DNA of 64,000 nt, taken from Octopus sinensis (taxonomy: Eukaryota). The notes below the pieces were generated by a model, which saw only the letters and a program-made list of their open reading frames with translations, was not told the origin of the DNA and did no database searches. The stretch covers positions 62,434,001 through 62,498,000 of the forward strand of contig NC_043000.1 in NCBI RefSeq assembly GCF_006345805.1, given 5' to 3'. Shown piece by piece: positions 12,272 to 24,775 of this stretch (positions are counted from its first letter, which is position 1; each line of letters begins with the position of its first letter). The position numbers and the translations under genes are program-made.

Positions 12272-13550
12272 CAGGGTGAGGAAGCAAAATTTACAATATT
12301 TTGTGGCAGGGATTGAAAGACAGTCTATGACCAATTATTTTATTGAAAGTTATGAGAATTTATTTGCCAAAAGAAAATTTACATAATAGAAAATTCTGTG
12401 TCCTCCTTCTTTCTCAATAACTGCCTTCACACGCTTCCTGAAACTTGTACAAGTGTTCCTCAAATATTCGGGAGACAACTTCTCCCATTCTTCTGTAATA
12501 GTATCTTTAAGAGAGTCGACATTGCTGTGTGATGTTCTATTGGTAGCATGTTCTAAAACGCCCCAAATAGCATAATCCAGAGGGTTTAGATCTGGGCTAG
12601 AAGGTGGCCATAAACATGATTCCCCCAAATCGCTAAAGTTGGATTTGCAGAAATCTTGTATTTTTCTGGCTGTATGGGCTGGAGCACCATCCTGTGTCCA
12701 TACATAATTACCATCTGGGTAGTTTGCTTTAAGCCATGGCTATACCTGGTATCTCAGAGTCTTGTAGTAAGTATTAACATTGATCTTTTCATCAGCTTTG
12801 TAGAATTTTATAGGCATTTTCTTTCCATCGGAAGCCACAACACCAAAAGCCATAACTTGTGCAGGATGTTTTGTTTTGAATGTCCCTTTAACCTCAGCTG
12901 TTGATTTTGCGATAAATCTGTCATTTCTGCGGTTCAGAACAGCATCGACAGTGAAGATCTTTTCATCTGAAAAGATTGTTACAATGGAGGACTTTTTCTT
13001 GAACCATGTAATAATTTTCTTGCATCTCTTCAATCTCTTTTCCTTCATAGATGTTGTCAACAAATGTTTTGGTGTTCTTGTGTAAGATTTTAACCTCAAC
13101 TCAAATCATATTTTACTGCATTTCTAATGGTCTTCTTGTCTACCTCAAGTTCAATTGCCATTTTCTCATGGATTTGGTTTGGATCCTTAGGATTTTGGAT
13201 TTGAGAGCTTTAATAAAAGCTTTGGTACGTTTTTGTTGATTCCTCATCTTCCAGACTTCCTCGTAATAGTTTGCTCATATCATTCTATTCTTTACATTAT
13301 AAACAGTCTTTATGGACACTCCAATTATCCTTGAAATCTCCTTTGTGTGACGAGTGCATTCAGCAAATCACACACTCTTTGACGTTGCTTTCCTGATTAC
13401 TCATATGGGCAAAAGTTTCTGAAAAGGTAAGGATAATAGCGTTAGGTATGAGTATGACATCAGTATATGCTAGGTTTCAAAACAATTGACTTAGTGCCTC
13501 CTGAGAAAAGCAAACTTAACGTTCATTGTAAATTTTGCTTCCTCACCCTG
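12272..13550 (-). mobile_element. Full-length Tc1/mariner DNA transposon, DD37D (maT) type, 1279 bp
   Basis: Perfect 26-bp TIRs CAGGGTGAGGAAGCAAAATTTACAAT at 12272-12297 and 13525-13550, TA on both flanks, internal transposase. Confidence 0.96.
12350..13404 (-). pseudogene. Disrupted DD37D transposase
   Basis: ATG at 13404 (MSNQES..., HTH-like region with frameshifts). Catalytic motifs FSDEK, QDGAP and WPPSSPDLNPLDY, with 37 residues counted between D2 and D3. In-frame TAG at 12740-12742 splits ORFs 12740..13099 and 12350..12628. Confidence 0.93.
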
Positions 13551-13724
13551 TATATATGAATATATATATATGATATATATATATATATATTATACACGAA
13601 GTGTAAACCAGCAATATTGTCCGAAATAGCGTAGATTCATGGGTAATACAAGTGTTTGAAATCATACGGCCGCAGGATCTTGATACAGCGTGGCTAATAC
13701 TAGTTACAGCGATAACGGGGAAAA

Positions 13725-13756
<32 letters not shown>

Positions 13757-13768
13757 TTCTACTACTAC

Positions 13769-13812
<44 letters not shown>

Positions 13813-13832
13813 TATATATATATATATATATA

Positions 13833-14044
13833 TATTTCTTTATTACCCACAAGGGGCTAAACATAGAGGGGACAAACAAGGACAAAGTATTAAGTCGATT
13901 ATATCGACCGCAGTGCGTAACTGGTACTTAATTTATCGACCCCGAAAGGATGAAAGGCAAAGTCGACCTCGACGGAATTTGAACTCAGAACGTAACGGCA
14001 GACGAAATACGGCTACGCATTTCGTCCGGCCTGCTAACGTTTCT
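13833..14044 (-). mobile_element. Well-preserved copy of the dominant SINE
   Basis: Reverse complement of the consensus, including the tail variant also seen at 5770-5825. Confidence 0.9.
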
Positions 14045-14075
14045 TAATAATAATAAAATAATAATAATAATAAAA

Positions 14076-15265
14076 TTGACTGGATGGAATAAAATCCAAG
14101 CAGCTAATACGTCGGTGATAGCATCACATCGGTAGGAGCGGGAATTATAAAAGAACAAAAAAGAAAAATGAAGAAAATGGATACCAAGACTGAAAAATGT
14201 TGACTGTACATGGACCCTTCCACCACAAGAGTGACACTGATAGGCTGTACTTGTCCAGAAGAAAGGGTGGGAGAGGTTTGATCAGTTACCAAGACTGTAT
14301 CGAAACAGCTTAGGGTGATATATTAAAAAATACCGTTGAGCCACTGTTGAAATACACGAAGAAGGCCGGCGTCGTCAAAACTGAAAATTGAGTAACTAAA
14401 GAAAAGTTTAAACAAGAAATGAAAAAACAAAAAGCATGAAAAGAAAAGAAAATGTACGGTAAGTTTGCAAGAGATGTAAACGTGAAAACAGATACAGGGA
14501 CCGGTGGCTATGAAAAAGGAGAGACCTGAAGATAGAGACAGAAGCACTCATATGCGCAGCTCAGGAATAAGCATTAAGGACCGACTATATGAAATGCAGA
14601 ATAGACAATACTATAGGTAGCGACAAATGCAGAATGTATGGTGAAAGGATTGAAACGGTATAGCACGTCATTAGCGACAATGTAGCAAAAATGATTCATT
14701 TGGAGCTCTGTGGAAATCACGGCCTATAGAGCGCAAACTCCATGAGACACCGAGAATGAGAATTGCTAAATCCTGTGGGGTGCAATGATTTAGTACGATT
14801 ACCCGACCAGACATCTGAAACCGGACATTGTTGTGGCGAACAAAAAAGAAAGAACATATATAATAATCGGCATAATATACCCCGGTGACAACAGGATCAA
14901 TATAAAAGAAGAAAAAAATAAACAATCATGACGATTTGAAGTGGGAAATACAAAAACTGTGGTCAGTAAAGAGAATGGACGCGATACCAATAGTAATTGG
15001 TGCATTTGGAAGTATCAGTACTCAACTACCAACATGGCTGAAAAAGATTGGTGCAAGTGTGAAGGTAGAACACCTACAAAACTCAGCATTGCTTGGAACT
15101 GCAAGAATTCTTCGCAGGGTTCTTGAGACATGACCAGTAAACGAGTGTTACCTTAGTCTGCTAGTTGTGGACAGCTGATTCTTTCCATCATACCCAGCAA
15201 AATAATCTGTGCGTTTTCATATAATAATAATAATAATGATGATAATAATAATAATAATAATAATA
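14076..15265 (+). mobile_element. R4/Dong-like RLE non-LTR retrotransposon, 5'-truncated and decayed
   Basis: Broken frames give LTGWNKIQAANT, HKSDTDRLYLSRRKGGRGL, GDLKIETEALICAAQE, KPDIVV..IIYPGD and PIVIGAFG...ALLGTARILRRVL* (stop 15133). A 3' UTR and (ATA)n tail follow, and (TAA)n lies on the 5' side. Confidence 0.88.
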
Positions 15266-15500
15266 GATAGAGGTAGAACTGTGGTATAAGACCTCCACAA
15301 TGGCAATGAACAAGTACTTATCTAGTACAGAGGACTGGATGCTGCGGCTTGTGTGCAAACACGAAAGCAGCAAAAAATTACATCCTATTGTCAAGGAAGC
15401 TTGCAAATTCGCAAGGGAACTTGGCATTAATCCTGAAATAGATGAAGAACCTGAAACCAATACTACAAAACAAGCAAGGTGTGTCAGAAACATCTAGATA
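15266..15500 (+). mobile_element. Second R4/Dong-like internal fragment abutting the (ATA)n tail
   Basis: 'ELWYKTSTMAMNKYLSSTEDWMLRLVCKHE..KKLHPIVKEACKFAREL' resembles the post-GGRGL region of Dong-like ORFs (recall). Confidence 0.55.
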
Positions 15501-16639
15501 AGGTCCCAAGAAAACCATGTCTCAGAGATATCCAAAAGATTGTGCTAACAAGTATTACCCACATCCTTAGAAAATCCCTATCCATTTAAATGTATGTGTT
15601 GTATTACATGAAGATATTTCGCTGCTGCCCCTGCCACTTTCCTATCCAAGCTTTTAGTCATACTGTAACATCTCTTATCCTTCACTCGCTCCAGGATTGC
15701 AACAAGTGATTGCAACAAACATGCAGATTAAAAGTTTAAAAAAATAATAATAAAAGTGTTTTTAAATCTTTCCACAAAATGCAGCCGTTTTAGGGAAGGC
15801 GTAAGTTGATTACAATGAAGGGAAAAATTTGTCATGACGGTATTTGAACGTAAGATGCAAAGAACAGGAAGAAATACAACAAACCATTTTCCGATGCATT
15901 AATGGTTCTCTTACCACACACATTTCTCTTAATTACATCAACGTAAACAGAGTTTACGTTGTTGTAATTCTTGTTCTTTCACCATGGTTTTGCCTAAGTT
16001 TAAATCAGAATTTATTAACTATGAGTGTCCAACCCGTTTCAATGCTCCATATGAATCACTGACTGAGATGTATTATGTGACCTGGTTGCAGCTTTTCCTG
16101 TTTAAATCGTCCTGAATATTAGAACACTAGAAATATTACAATATTAGAAATCAATGCACATTTAACTCCTAACCAGACCACGTTCATCAATCCTTGAATT
16201 AAAGGCAATCCAGCATCGATCAACCAATATATGGGAATCTTTTTCATTTTTTCCCTTTCTTGCATGTCTAAGACCACACTATCCTATCTACCATTAATTT
16301 TTCAGTGAGTAGGGTGCGTTATTAGAGGAAGATTTAGCTGTTATTTCTAGCAGGTTTACCTTGTATATTAACACATTATATACATTAGTCAATTTATTAA
16401 AATTACAGGAAATATGCCTAGTCCAACATAACTAAAGACAGGTGAGTTGAACAAGAAAAATGTAAGAATTAATTAGATATCTTTCAAAGACAACATATAT
16501 TTTCATTGAATTTTTTTTTACTTGCTGCGGAATGGACAATGTCCATGAACTTTGCAGGCTCCCAGAGATTGTTAATGTGCCATTTAAAACTGCTGTCGGT
16601 CAACACTAACAGGAATTACATTAGCAGGTAGAATATTCT

Positions 16640-16900
16640 AGAAGGCCGATCTCCTGGGTAGGCAGGATTGAGCACAGAGGTCAATACAGGGCTGTAGTGG
16701 ACATAACAATGTGAGCGGATTCGAGAATCCTGAGTGATGACGGCACGGGATCATCCAGCTTCGAGGAACGGAGGCCATTTTAGTAGTGATAGAAAAGGCC
16801 AAGAGGATAGAGTACATTTGCATGTTCGTCAGTGACTGAATGCTAACCAATCAAGTGACACATTTCTTGATGCGAATCAAGAAATTTGCGTGTGTAGTAC
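16640..16900 (+). mobile_element. Possible L1/Tx1-like AP-endonuclease remnant
   Basis: Broken frames read AVVDITM...EERRPF and an S-D-W-N-A-like segment resembling GDWNA; heavily decayed. Confidence 0.35.
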
Positions 16901-17049
16901 AGCATCGTCCTAGCACGACTGGCAAAAGTATTCTGTAATACCTGCAGTGGGTTTTGAGCCAGCATTCTTTTGGTATACAATTTCACATAAGTGCAAAATA
17001 TTCGGTGATGAATTGCTTCACTATAATCTCTCCTAGTATCAATGTATAT

Positions 17050-17052
17050 TTG

Positions 17053-17092
<40 letters not shown>

Positions 17093-17193
17093 TATATTAT
17101 ATATATATTGGATATATATATATTATATATATTATATATATATATATAATATATATATATATTATATATATATGGATATATATATATGTGATA

Positions 17194-17237
<44 letters not shown>

Positions 17238-17290
17238 TATGGATATGGATATATCTATATATATGGATATATATATATATATATTGGACA

Positions 17291-17321
<31 letters not shown>

Positions 17322-17384
17322 CCACCCTTCCATAGTATGTACATATACACACATGCAGACAGATATGCAAATATATATTTATAT

Positions 17385-17419
<35 letters not shown>

Positions 17420-17808
17420 CAATTAAGGGCTCCTAAATAAAGATGCCGAGTGCTGGGAACACAAAAAGGGGATGAATTTATCGAGAGTGAAAATCAAAAA
17501 CGTTTACCGATAACTTTAACAACTCGTACCGCGGTTTCTGCTTCTTTCTAGCAAAACACAGAATATGTTTGCTAAGGCCAGCTTCATCAGCGAGTCGCCT
17601 GAATTTAATCGAGGTCTGCAGCGATGTGGGACTATGTGTTAACCCGACTACTAGCAGATCTTAACTTTTCAAATCTCTGCGCAGACGCAAAATTTACACG
17701 GGCATGCCGGGAAGAATTTTACGAATAAATTCATCATGTAGTATGCGAATATAAACAAGAAGGGTAGTAATATTATTTACTACCAGGTGCCCAGCACAAA
17801 AGACGAAT
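17050..17808 (+). repeat. Copy 1 of a duplicated block: microsatellite plus ~390-bp unique unit (17421-17808)
   Basis: Near-identical to ~22700-23286 (+) and to 23288-24005 (-). Confidence 0.93.
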
Positions 17809-18949
17809 ATACATACAGACACGCATACACATATATACATATGTTTGTATCTCTCTCTTGCTTCGTATGAAAATGTAAGAGGCTTTAGTGTCCTGTGTCA
17901 AATAATACTTAAAAGCATGGCCACCATACGCATGCAAGTATGATCTGATTACTTGTACAATGCCTTCGCTTGTTGCTTTAAATGCCTAGCGATCACGGGC
18001 AGACATAAACATTGTCACAACTCTGCTGCCTTTCACCCAGTGGGGCATCAGGGATATGACAGATGGTGGAAGAGTGAACTGCACTAGCACTCGGCTAGTA
18101 TTCATTTCTAAATGAGTAGACAAGAGCAACATGAAATGAAATACCATGGTCAAAGGTACAACGCACTTCTCAGTCTTAGAATAGAAGCTCCTGCCGCATA
18201 ATCGTGATCTCGAGATCGTAAGCGTTAAACAAAGCACATTTACCTTTATGTGTGATGGGGTGAATGTATGCATGTGTGTGTTGTGTGGTGTGTGTGTGTG
18301 TGTGTGTGGTGTGTGTGTGTGTGTGTGTGTGTGTGTTGTGTGTGTGTGTGTGTGTGTAAAGATATGACCGTGGTGTCCAGCTAAGTTTGATCTCTGGACG
18401 GCTCATCTAATTAATTACATTTTTATGTACAACGTGTTGCCAGTAAAAGTATCGTGACAATAAACTCCTTCTTCATGTTTGAATTTTAACAGTAGTTTAA
18501 GAATGCTGTTTTTTGAGAAGCTTTTTCTCTTTAAGAATGTCTGCTTTTATATTATTGCTGGAAGGTTCTCCAATATTAAATTTTGCACCTGTACACACTT
18601 CGCTCTGTATGATATTGGTAACATATATTCTAGTTCATCCTGGTACGTGGTCGGGAAGTCGGCAGCTAAAGTAGTACCACCACCACGCTAGGCTTGTGAT
18701 GAATGTATCCAGAAACCAATAGAACATGTTTAAAGTGTGGCTGAAACCAACATAAGATCAATAACTATCTTGTAATAGTTCGCAGGAATATAGAACTACT
18801 ACAGATTGTAAACGAGTCCGATGTAATACCACTTATGCACACTGATTGATACTACAACGTATTCGTTTACCATATCAAATATTTCTATGACCCCACGCAT
18901 TATTATAAGATAGTCCCTGATCTGCATCCCTGAGTCTTATCAAAACATT

Positions 18950-19440
18950 TTGTTGGCGTGGATTAAATAGAGTTCCTTAGCTGCTGTGGAGATGACTAGT
19001 TTGAGAAATACGAATCAAGATTTCAGATCTTCCGTAGGTCCCTTTGGATTTAAAGGACTAGGAATCATCTCACTTATGTCTTCAGAATCTCTGTCTTTTA
19101 TCAGAAATTGGACTGTGTGCAGTTCTATTGTCTATTATCTGGAAAACGCAGATCTGAATTATTTTGAATTGACTGACTTATAATCTCATACAACATATAC
19201 TACCGGAATACCAGTATGGCTTCAGCACAAAATGGAGAAGAGTAGATATAATCTTTGAGGTCATAAAATTCAACGATCTCTCTAAATCATTTGACACAGT
19301 TAGCGGTTAAAATGTAGTGGAAAATTTCTTTAATTATATTAGGATTTGGTTTCAGAACAATATACACCACTTTGTGGAGTGTATTATTCTCATGCACTCT
19401 CTGGATGATGGCTTGAACTTATGAATTTATTCTTATCACA

Positions 19441-19485
<45 letters not shown>

Positions 19486-20600
19486 ACACACATACACACA
19501 CACACACATACATACATACATACATACATACACACACTCACTCACTCTCTCTCTCTCTTTTTCGTTCTGAATTATTACAAGTAGAAAATAGGGTTAAACA
19601 AGAAGAAACCGTTGCATCTTTATTCACACAGTTCTTTGCTACTGTATCTTACACATATTTCAATGATAGCCCACTTTATTATCTATATCCAATAACAAGC
19701 TTCGGGCAAAGTATTTATCTTATTTGAAACGAAAGTATTAATTGTTCTGATCAGAAACACCTTACATTTATATGACTGCAACAAAGCAACATACAATGAG
19801 ATTAAAAAGTAATTATTAATGGGTCATTTCTCTGATGCTTGCAACGCTTTCGGGCTCGATATTAGTGCTAAAATGACCGCGGTCATTCACGAAACTGCTC
19901 ATAATCAATATAATGCTTAATCGGTCATCCTACCCAATAAGACACCGTAGTTGATGATCCAGTCTGCTAGGTTCTTTGGCAACAAAAAAGGGTAGCAACA
20001 ATGAAATACCTCTTTATAATGAAGAGGCATCAAGGTTCTTCAAAATCCTTTGAAAAGCTCAAATGCAGCATAACTGTAGCAAACTTTTCAGAATTTAGAG
20101 TGTGTGTTTTGGCAGCTCATCTATATACCACTGGAACACAAGCTATCAATAAACACAAAACAAATTACCAAAAAGGCTTCACCAGACATTTTGGGGATAC
20201 ATCCTTTCACTGACTGGAAATTATACACTCCAAATATGGAAGGGTTTTCATTTTTTTGGAGAATAGGGTTGCCAAATATAGAACCTTTAAATAGAAATAA
20301 CTATTTCCGAAACAAATGTTCTACTCAAAATTACAGAATTTAAATGCAATAATTTAAAACAGAAGCTCAGATATAGTGATTGCTTAAAATTCTAGCTAGG
20401 AAAGTGCCAAAATTCTTTAAATCATTAGAAACATTTCGCAGAAAATAAAGAGGGACAAATATTTGTGAAAAAAATATGTGTCGGTGTTTGGAACTCAGAG
20501 CAAGAATTCAAAGTCAATTGAGCAGTATTGTATGATATTCAATAAAAATGCTAATCATTGGTGGGAATGAGCGGTCATTTTAGACTTCATGACTCAAAGT
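18950..20600 (+). mobile_element. Old RTE (BovB-like) LINE remnant interrupted by a (CA)n/(CT)n tract
   Basis: Fragments EYQYGFS...FNDLSKSFDTVS (~19207-19305) and HFSDACNAFGLDISAKMTAVIH (~19825-19890) match RTE RT motifs QxGFR/DLxKAFDTV and FSxACxxFGLxIS. Confidence 0.7.
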
Positions 20601-20822
20601 GAACTGATGCAAATCAGAGGCTAGTAACACTCAGAAGTGATGGGAGTAACGCGCGCAATGTGTGCGCCTGTGTGTAAATGTTTCTGTCCATGTATATTAG
20701 TATGCATATATATTATAATTTAATAGTAGTTTGATTCGGCTGTGTGCAACTTAAAGATTCATAAGCTTGATCATTGGAACCTAGTTCATCAGCAGAGTGC
20801 GCGTGTGTGTGTGTGTGTGTGT

Positions 20823-20859
<37 letters not shown>

Positions 20860-21776
20860 GATTTGTTAAATCCGATTTTGTTGATCGTATCAATTATAAC
20901 GGTATTAATAAAACCCTTTGCGATATACTACAAAATACACGAACTACTGACTATCATACTATTATTACCATTTCTTTTGTTTAATGATACTAAGAAGATC
21001 TTGAAACATTAATGACACAATTGATTTGAGAACGCAATTCCTATAAGCTAAATATAGAAGATTAAGGTAAAATGAAGAAAGCTTTAATAAAATATGACAA
21101 ACTCAAACGTAGAATTGTTTTCAATATACGTATATATGCATGCATGTATGTGTTCATGTATGTATGTGTGTATGTATGTATCTATGTCAAAGAGGAAGTA
21201 AAGATGATGGCCATCAAACAGCTGAAAGTGAGAGTCCCCCTAATCTCTCTATGAGATAGAAATTCCGAAATAATATCCATTTCACAGCGACTTCAAGGAT
21301 CTTGTTCTTGTTTGCTTCTGGACTACTCTGCTTTGTAGGTTAGTGTTGTTCAAGCTGTTATTGACTTTAAATTTCAGTATGCGTATTACTCAGGGCTATT
21401 GTCTTTCACAGCTAGAATAAGATCATTTATAAGTGATGGTCATTAACGTGTACGAGTTTAAAATTGCTAGCATGTATGCATGTATGTATGTATGCATGTA
21501 TGTAAATCAGGCAGGTAAGAAGAGTACGGAAAGTCTACCGCTTCGTTCTTTATCAAAGTTCAGGAATTCGTGTGGGCGCCTTATAATGACGGAACAGAAA
21601 CCACAAATCGCATGAAAGCAAGTGATTGAAGGGGTTCTTGAATATTTCTCACATTCTTTGGCGTTTACCTTTTCATAGATGTGCATTCGTTTCTTATGAT
21701 GTCAACAATATATACACACTTATAAACATACACACACACAAATTGTGTGTTAAGAACGTGTATGTATGTATGTATG

Positions 21777-21810
<34 letters not shown>

Positions 21811-22589
21811 TGTATGTATGTATGTATGTATGTATGTATGAATGTATGTATGTAAGTGTGTGTGAGTACGCGCGCATAGACACACGCACACACGACTGAG
21901 AGTTAAAACAATTTCTCAGCCTCATCTTCTGAATGAAATGACGATAGTGTCGCAATTCTTGCATTTTGTGATAAGGACAAGAGCGCGTAAGAGTTAAAAT
22001 AGTTTTACAGCCAACTCCAGTTACTTTCACATGTCATTTAACGTATGATGTATCTGTACGTGTACTTCTGGTTTATAGTTTGCTATAAATAAAACACTCC
22101 ATCGATAAGTTTTTTTTTTTGTATGTACAATTCTTTATAGGATAGTAGTGTTATCAACTAATATGTTTATATCTAATTTTGTTGAAATTAGATATTTTTG
22201 TATATATGATGTATTTTGTATATATGATATATATTTTATTTCATTTATTGAAATGATTTGTAATTGCTCCTTATTGTAACCGTACTTGTGTGAGTGACAG
22301 TACGTTTATCCACGAAGCTGATAGCTTTCATGCTTACATTGAAAATTTCATATCACTTTGGTTGTCTGAATGGACTTCAGACAAAATGCATGTATGCTTT
22401 CGTGCGAAGAAAGGTATTATACTTAATAGGAACACTATTTTTTAAACTAAGCACAAAACCTAAGGTAATAAGTATAAAAATAATAATAAAAACATCAAAA
22501 CAGAACACAGCTGTGACTTAGATATGATATCTTTTTAAAGGAAAAGCTGTTCACATTTTCTTATACACGTATCTGTTTCTCTATCTATC

Positions 22590-22652
22590 AATATATGTAT
22601 GCATATGTAGTATATATATATATAATATACATATGGATATATATATACATAT

Positions 22653-22714
<62 letters not shown>

Positions 22715-22730
22715 ATATATATATATATGG

Positions 22731-22780
<50 letters not shown>

Positions 22781-22781
22781 G

Positions 22782-22812
<31 letters not shown>

Positions 22813-22875
22813 TATAGATGGATATATTATATATATATATGGATATGGATATATATATATATATATATATGGACA

Positions 22876-22912
<37 letters not shown>

Positions 22913-24005
22913 ACCCTTCCATAGGTGTACATATACCACACATGCAGACAGATATGCAAATATATATTTATCTTATATATATATATATATAATATATACA
23001 AGTAAGGGCTCCTAAATAAGATGCCGAGTGCTGGGAACACAAAAAGGGGATGAACTTATCGAGAGTGAAAATCAAAAACGTTACCGATAACTTAACAAAC
23101 TCGTACCGCGGTTTCTGCTTTCTAGCAAAACACAGAATATGTTTGCTAAGGCCAGCTTCATCAGCGAGTCGCCTGAATTTAATCGAGGTCTGCAGCGATG
23201 TGGGACTATGTGTAAACCCGACTACTAGCAGATCTTAACTTTTCAAATCTCTGCGCAGACGCAAAATTTACCGGGCATGCCGGGAATGCTGATGAAGCTG
23301 GCCTTAGCAAACATATTCTGTGTTTTGCTAGAAAGAAGCAGAAACAGACCGCGGTACGAGTTGTCTAAAGTTATCGGTAAACGTTTTTGATTTTCATCTC
23401 GATAAATTCATCCCCTTTTTGTGTTCCCAGCACTCGGCATCTTTATTTAGGAGCCCTTAATTGTATAACTACATGAATAATATTTTTCTATATGAATAAT
23501 ATTTTTGTCTTATGACTAATTCGTCTTTTGTGGGCACCGGTGTAAATAATATTACTACCCTTCTTGTATAATTCGCATACTACATGATGAATTTATTCGT
23601 AAAATTCTTCCCGGCATGCCCGTGTAAATTTTGCGTCTTGCGCAGAGATTTGAAAAGTTAAGATTGCTAGTAGTCGGGTTTACACATAGTCCCAATCGCT
23701 GCAGACTCGATTAAATTCAGGCGACTCGTGATGAAGCTGGCCTTAGCAAACATATTCTGTGTTTTGCTAGATAGAAAGAAGCAGAAAAACGCGGTACGAA
23801 TTGTTAAGTTATCGGTAAACGTTTTTGATTTTCACTCTCGTAAATTCATCCCCTTTTGTGTCCCAGCATCGGCATCTTATTTAGGAGCCCTTAATTGTAT
23901 AACTACATGAATAATATTTTTCTATATGAATAATATTGTCTTATGACTAATTCGTCTTCTGTGCTGGGCACCTGGTAGTAAATAATATACTACCCTCTTC
24001 TGTTT
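22590..24005. repeat. Copy 2 of the block (+, to 23286), inversion junction, then a ~439-bp-period tandem array on the minus strand
   Basis: Orientation switches at 'gccgggaa|tgctgatgaagc' (23286-23288). 'gatgaagctggcc' recurs at 23291 and 23730. Confidence 0.92.
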
Positions 24006-24040
24006 ATATATATATATATATATATTTATATAAGTTCAGC

Positions 24041-24248
24041 AAAATTTAGATTCAGATGAATATGGTACTTACGTTAAAGACACCAGAAATTGGTATGGTA
24101 TTATCCATATAAATCAAATGGGGTGATTATAATCAAAATAAGTAACAAAGATATCCAAGGTAGTGTAGTACAATCGTTTAATTAAATGAAGTAGCATGAA
24201 ACGATTGTACTACACTACATTGGATATCCTTGTTGCTTATTTTGATTA
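24041..24248 (+). mobile_element. Hairpin-bearing short element (MITE-like) inserted in (TA)n
   Basis: 50-bp inverted arms at 24130-24179 and 24199-24248 with 3 mismatches and a 19-nt loop. Confidence 0.8.
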
Positions 24249-24279
24249 AATATATATATATATTCTTTTACTTGTTTCG

Positions 24280-24502
24280 GTCGTTTGACAGTGGCCATGC
24301 TGGACCACCGCCTTTAGTCAAACAAATCAACCCCAGGTCTTATTCTTTTTAAGCCGAACCGCCAAATTACGGGGACGTAAACGCATCAACATCGATTGTC
24401 AAGCGATGGTGGAGGGACTAACACAGACACACATATACACACACACACACACACAGACACACGCACAAACACACACACACACACACACACACAACGCATT
24501 AT

Positions 24503-24546
<44 letters not shown>

Positions 24547-24730
24547 TATATATATGTATATATATATACGACGGGCTCCTTTCAGTTTTCGCCTACCAAA
24601 TCCACTCACAAGGCTTTGGTCGGCCCGGGATTATAGTAGAAGGCACCTGCCCAAGGTTCCACGTAGTGGGACTGAATCCGGGAGCATGTGTTTTGCAAGC
24701 AAGCTTGTTACTACGCAGCCACATACATGC
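24280..24730 (-). mobile_element. SINE fragments, including a second tRNA-derived family at ~24570-24730
   Basis: Reverse of 'gtggctg.gtgg.aag.agcttgc...ttcagtccca..cgtgg.accttgggca.gtg.cttct.ctat'; forward copy at 63255-63400. Confidence 0.8.
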
Positions 24731-24775
24731 ATATATACAGACATACCTACATAACAAACATACCTGCGTGCATGA

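Noticed and set aside
23288-23330. Hammerhead ribozyme (retrozyme) in the 439-bp unit: CUGAUGA-agctggccttagc-AAAC
   Set aside because: The conserved G of GAAA is missing in every copy, stem I cannot form, and AAAC is sequestered in a longer hairpin (tagcaaacat/gtgttttgcta).
22590-24005. CRISPR-like array
   Set aside because: Long repeated units without unique spacers, a eukaryotic context and no cas genes.
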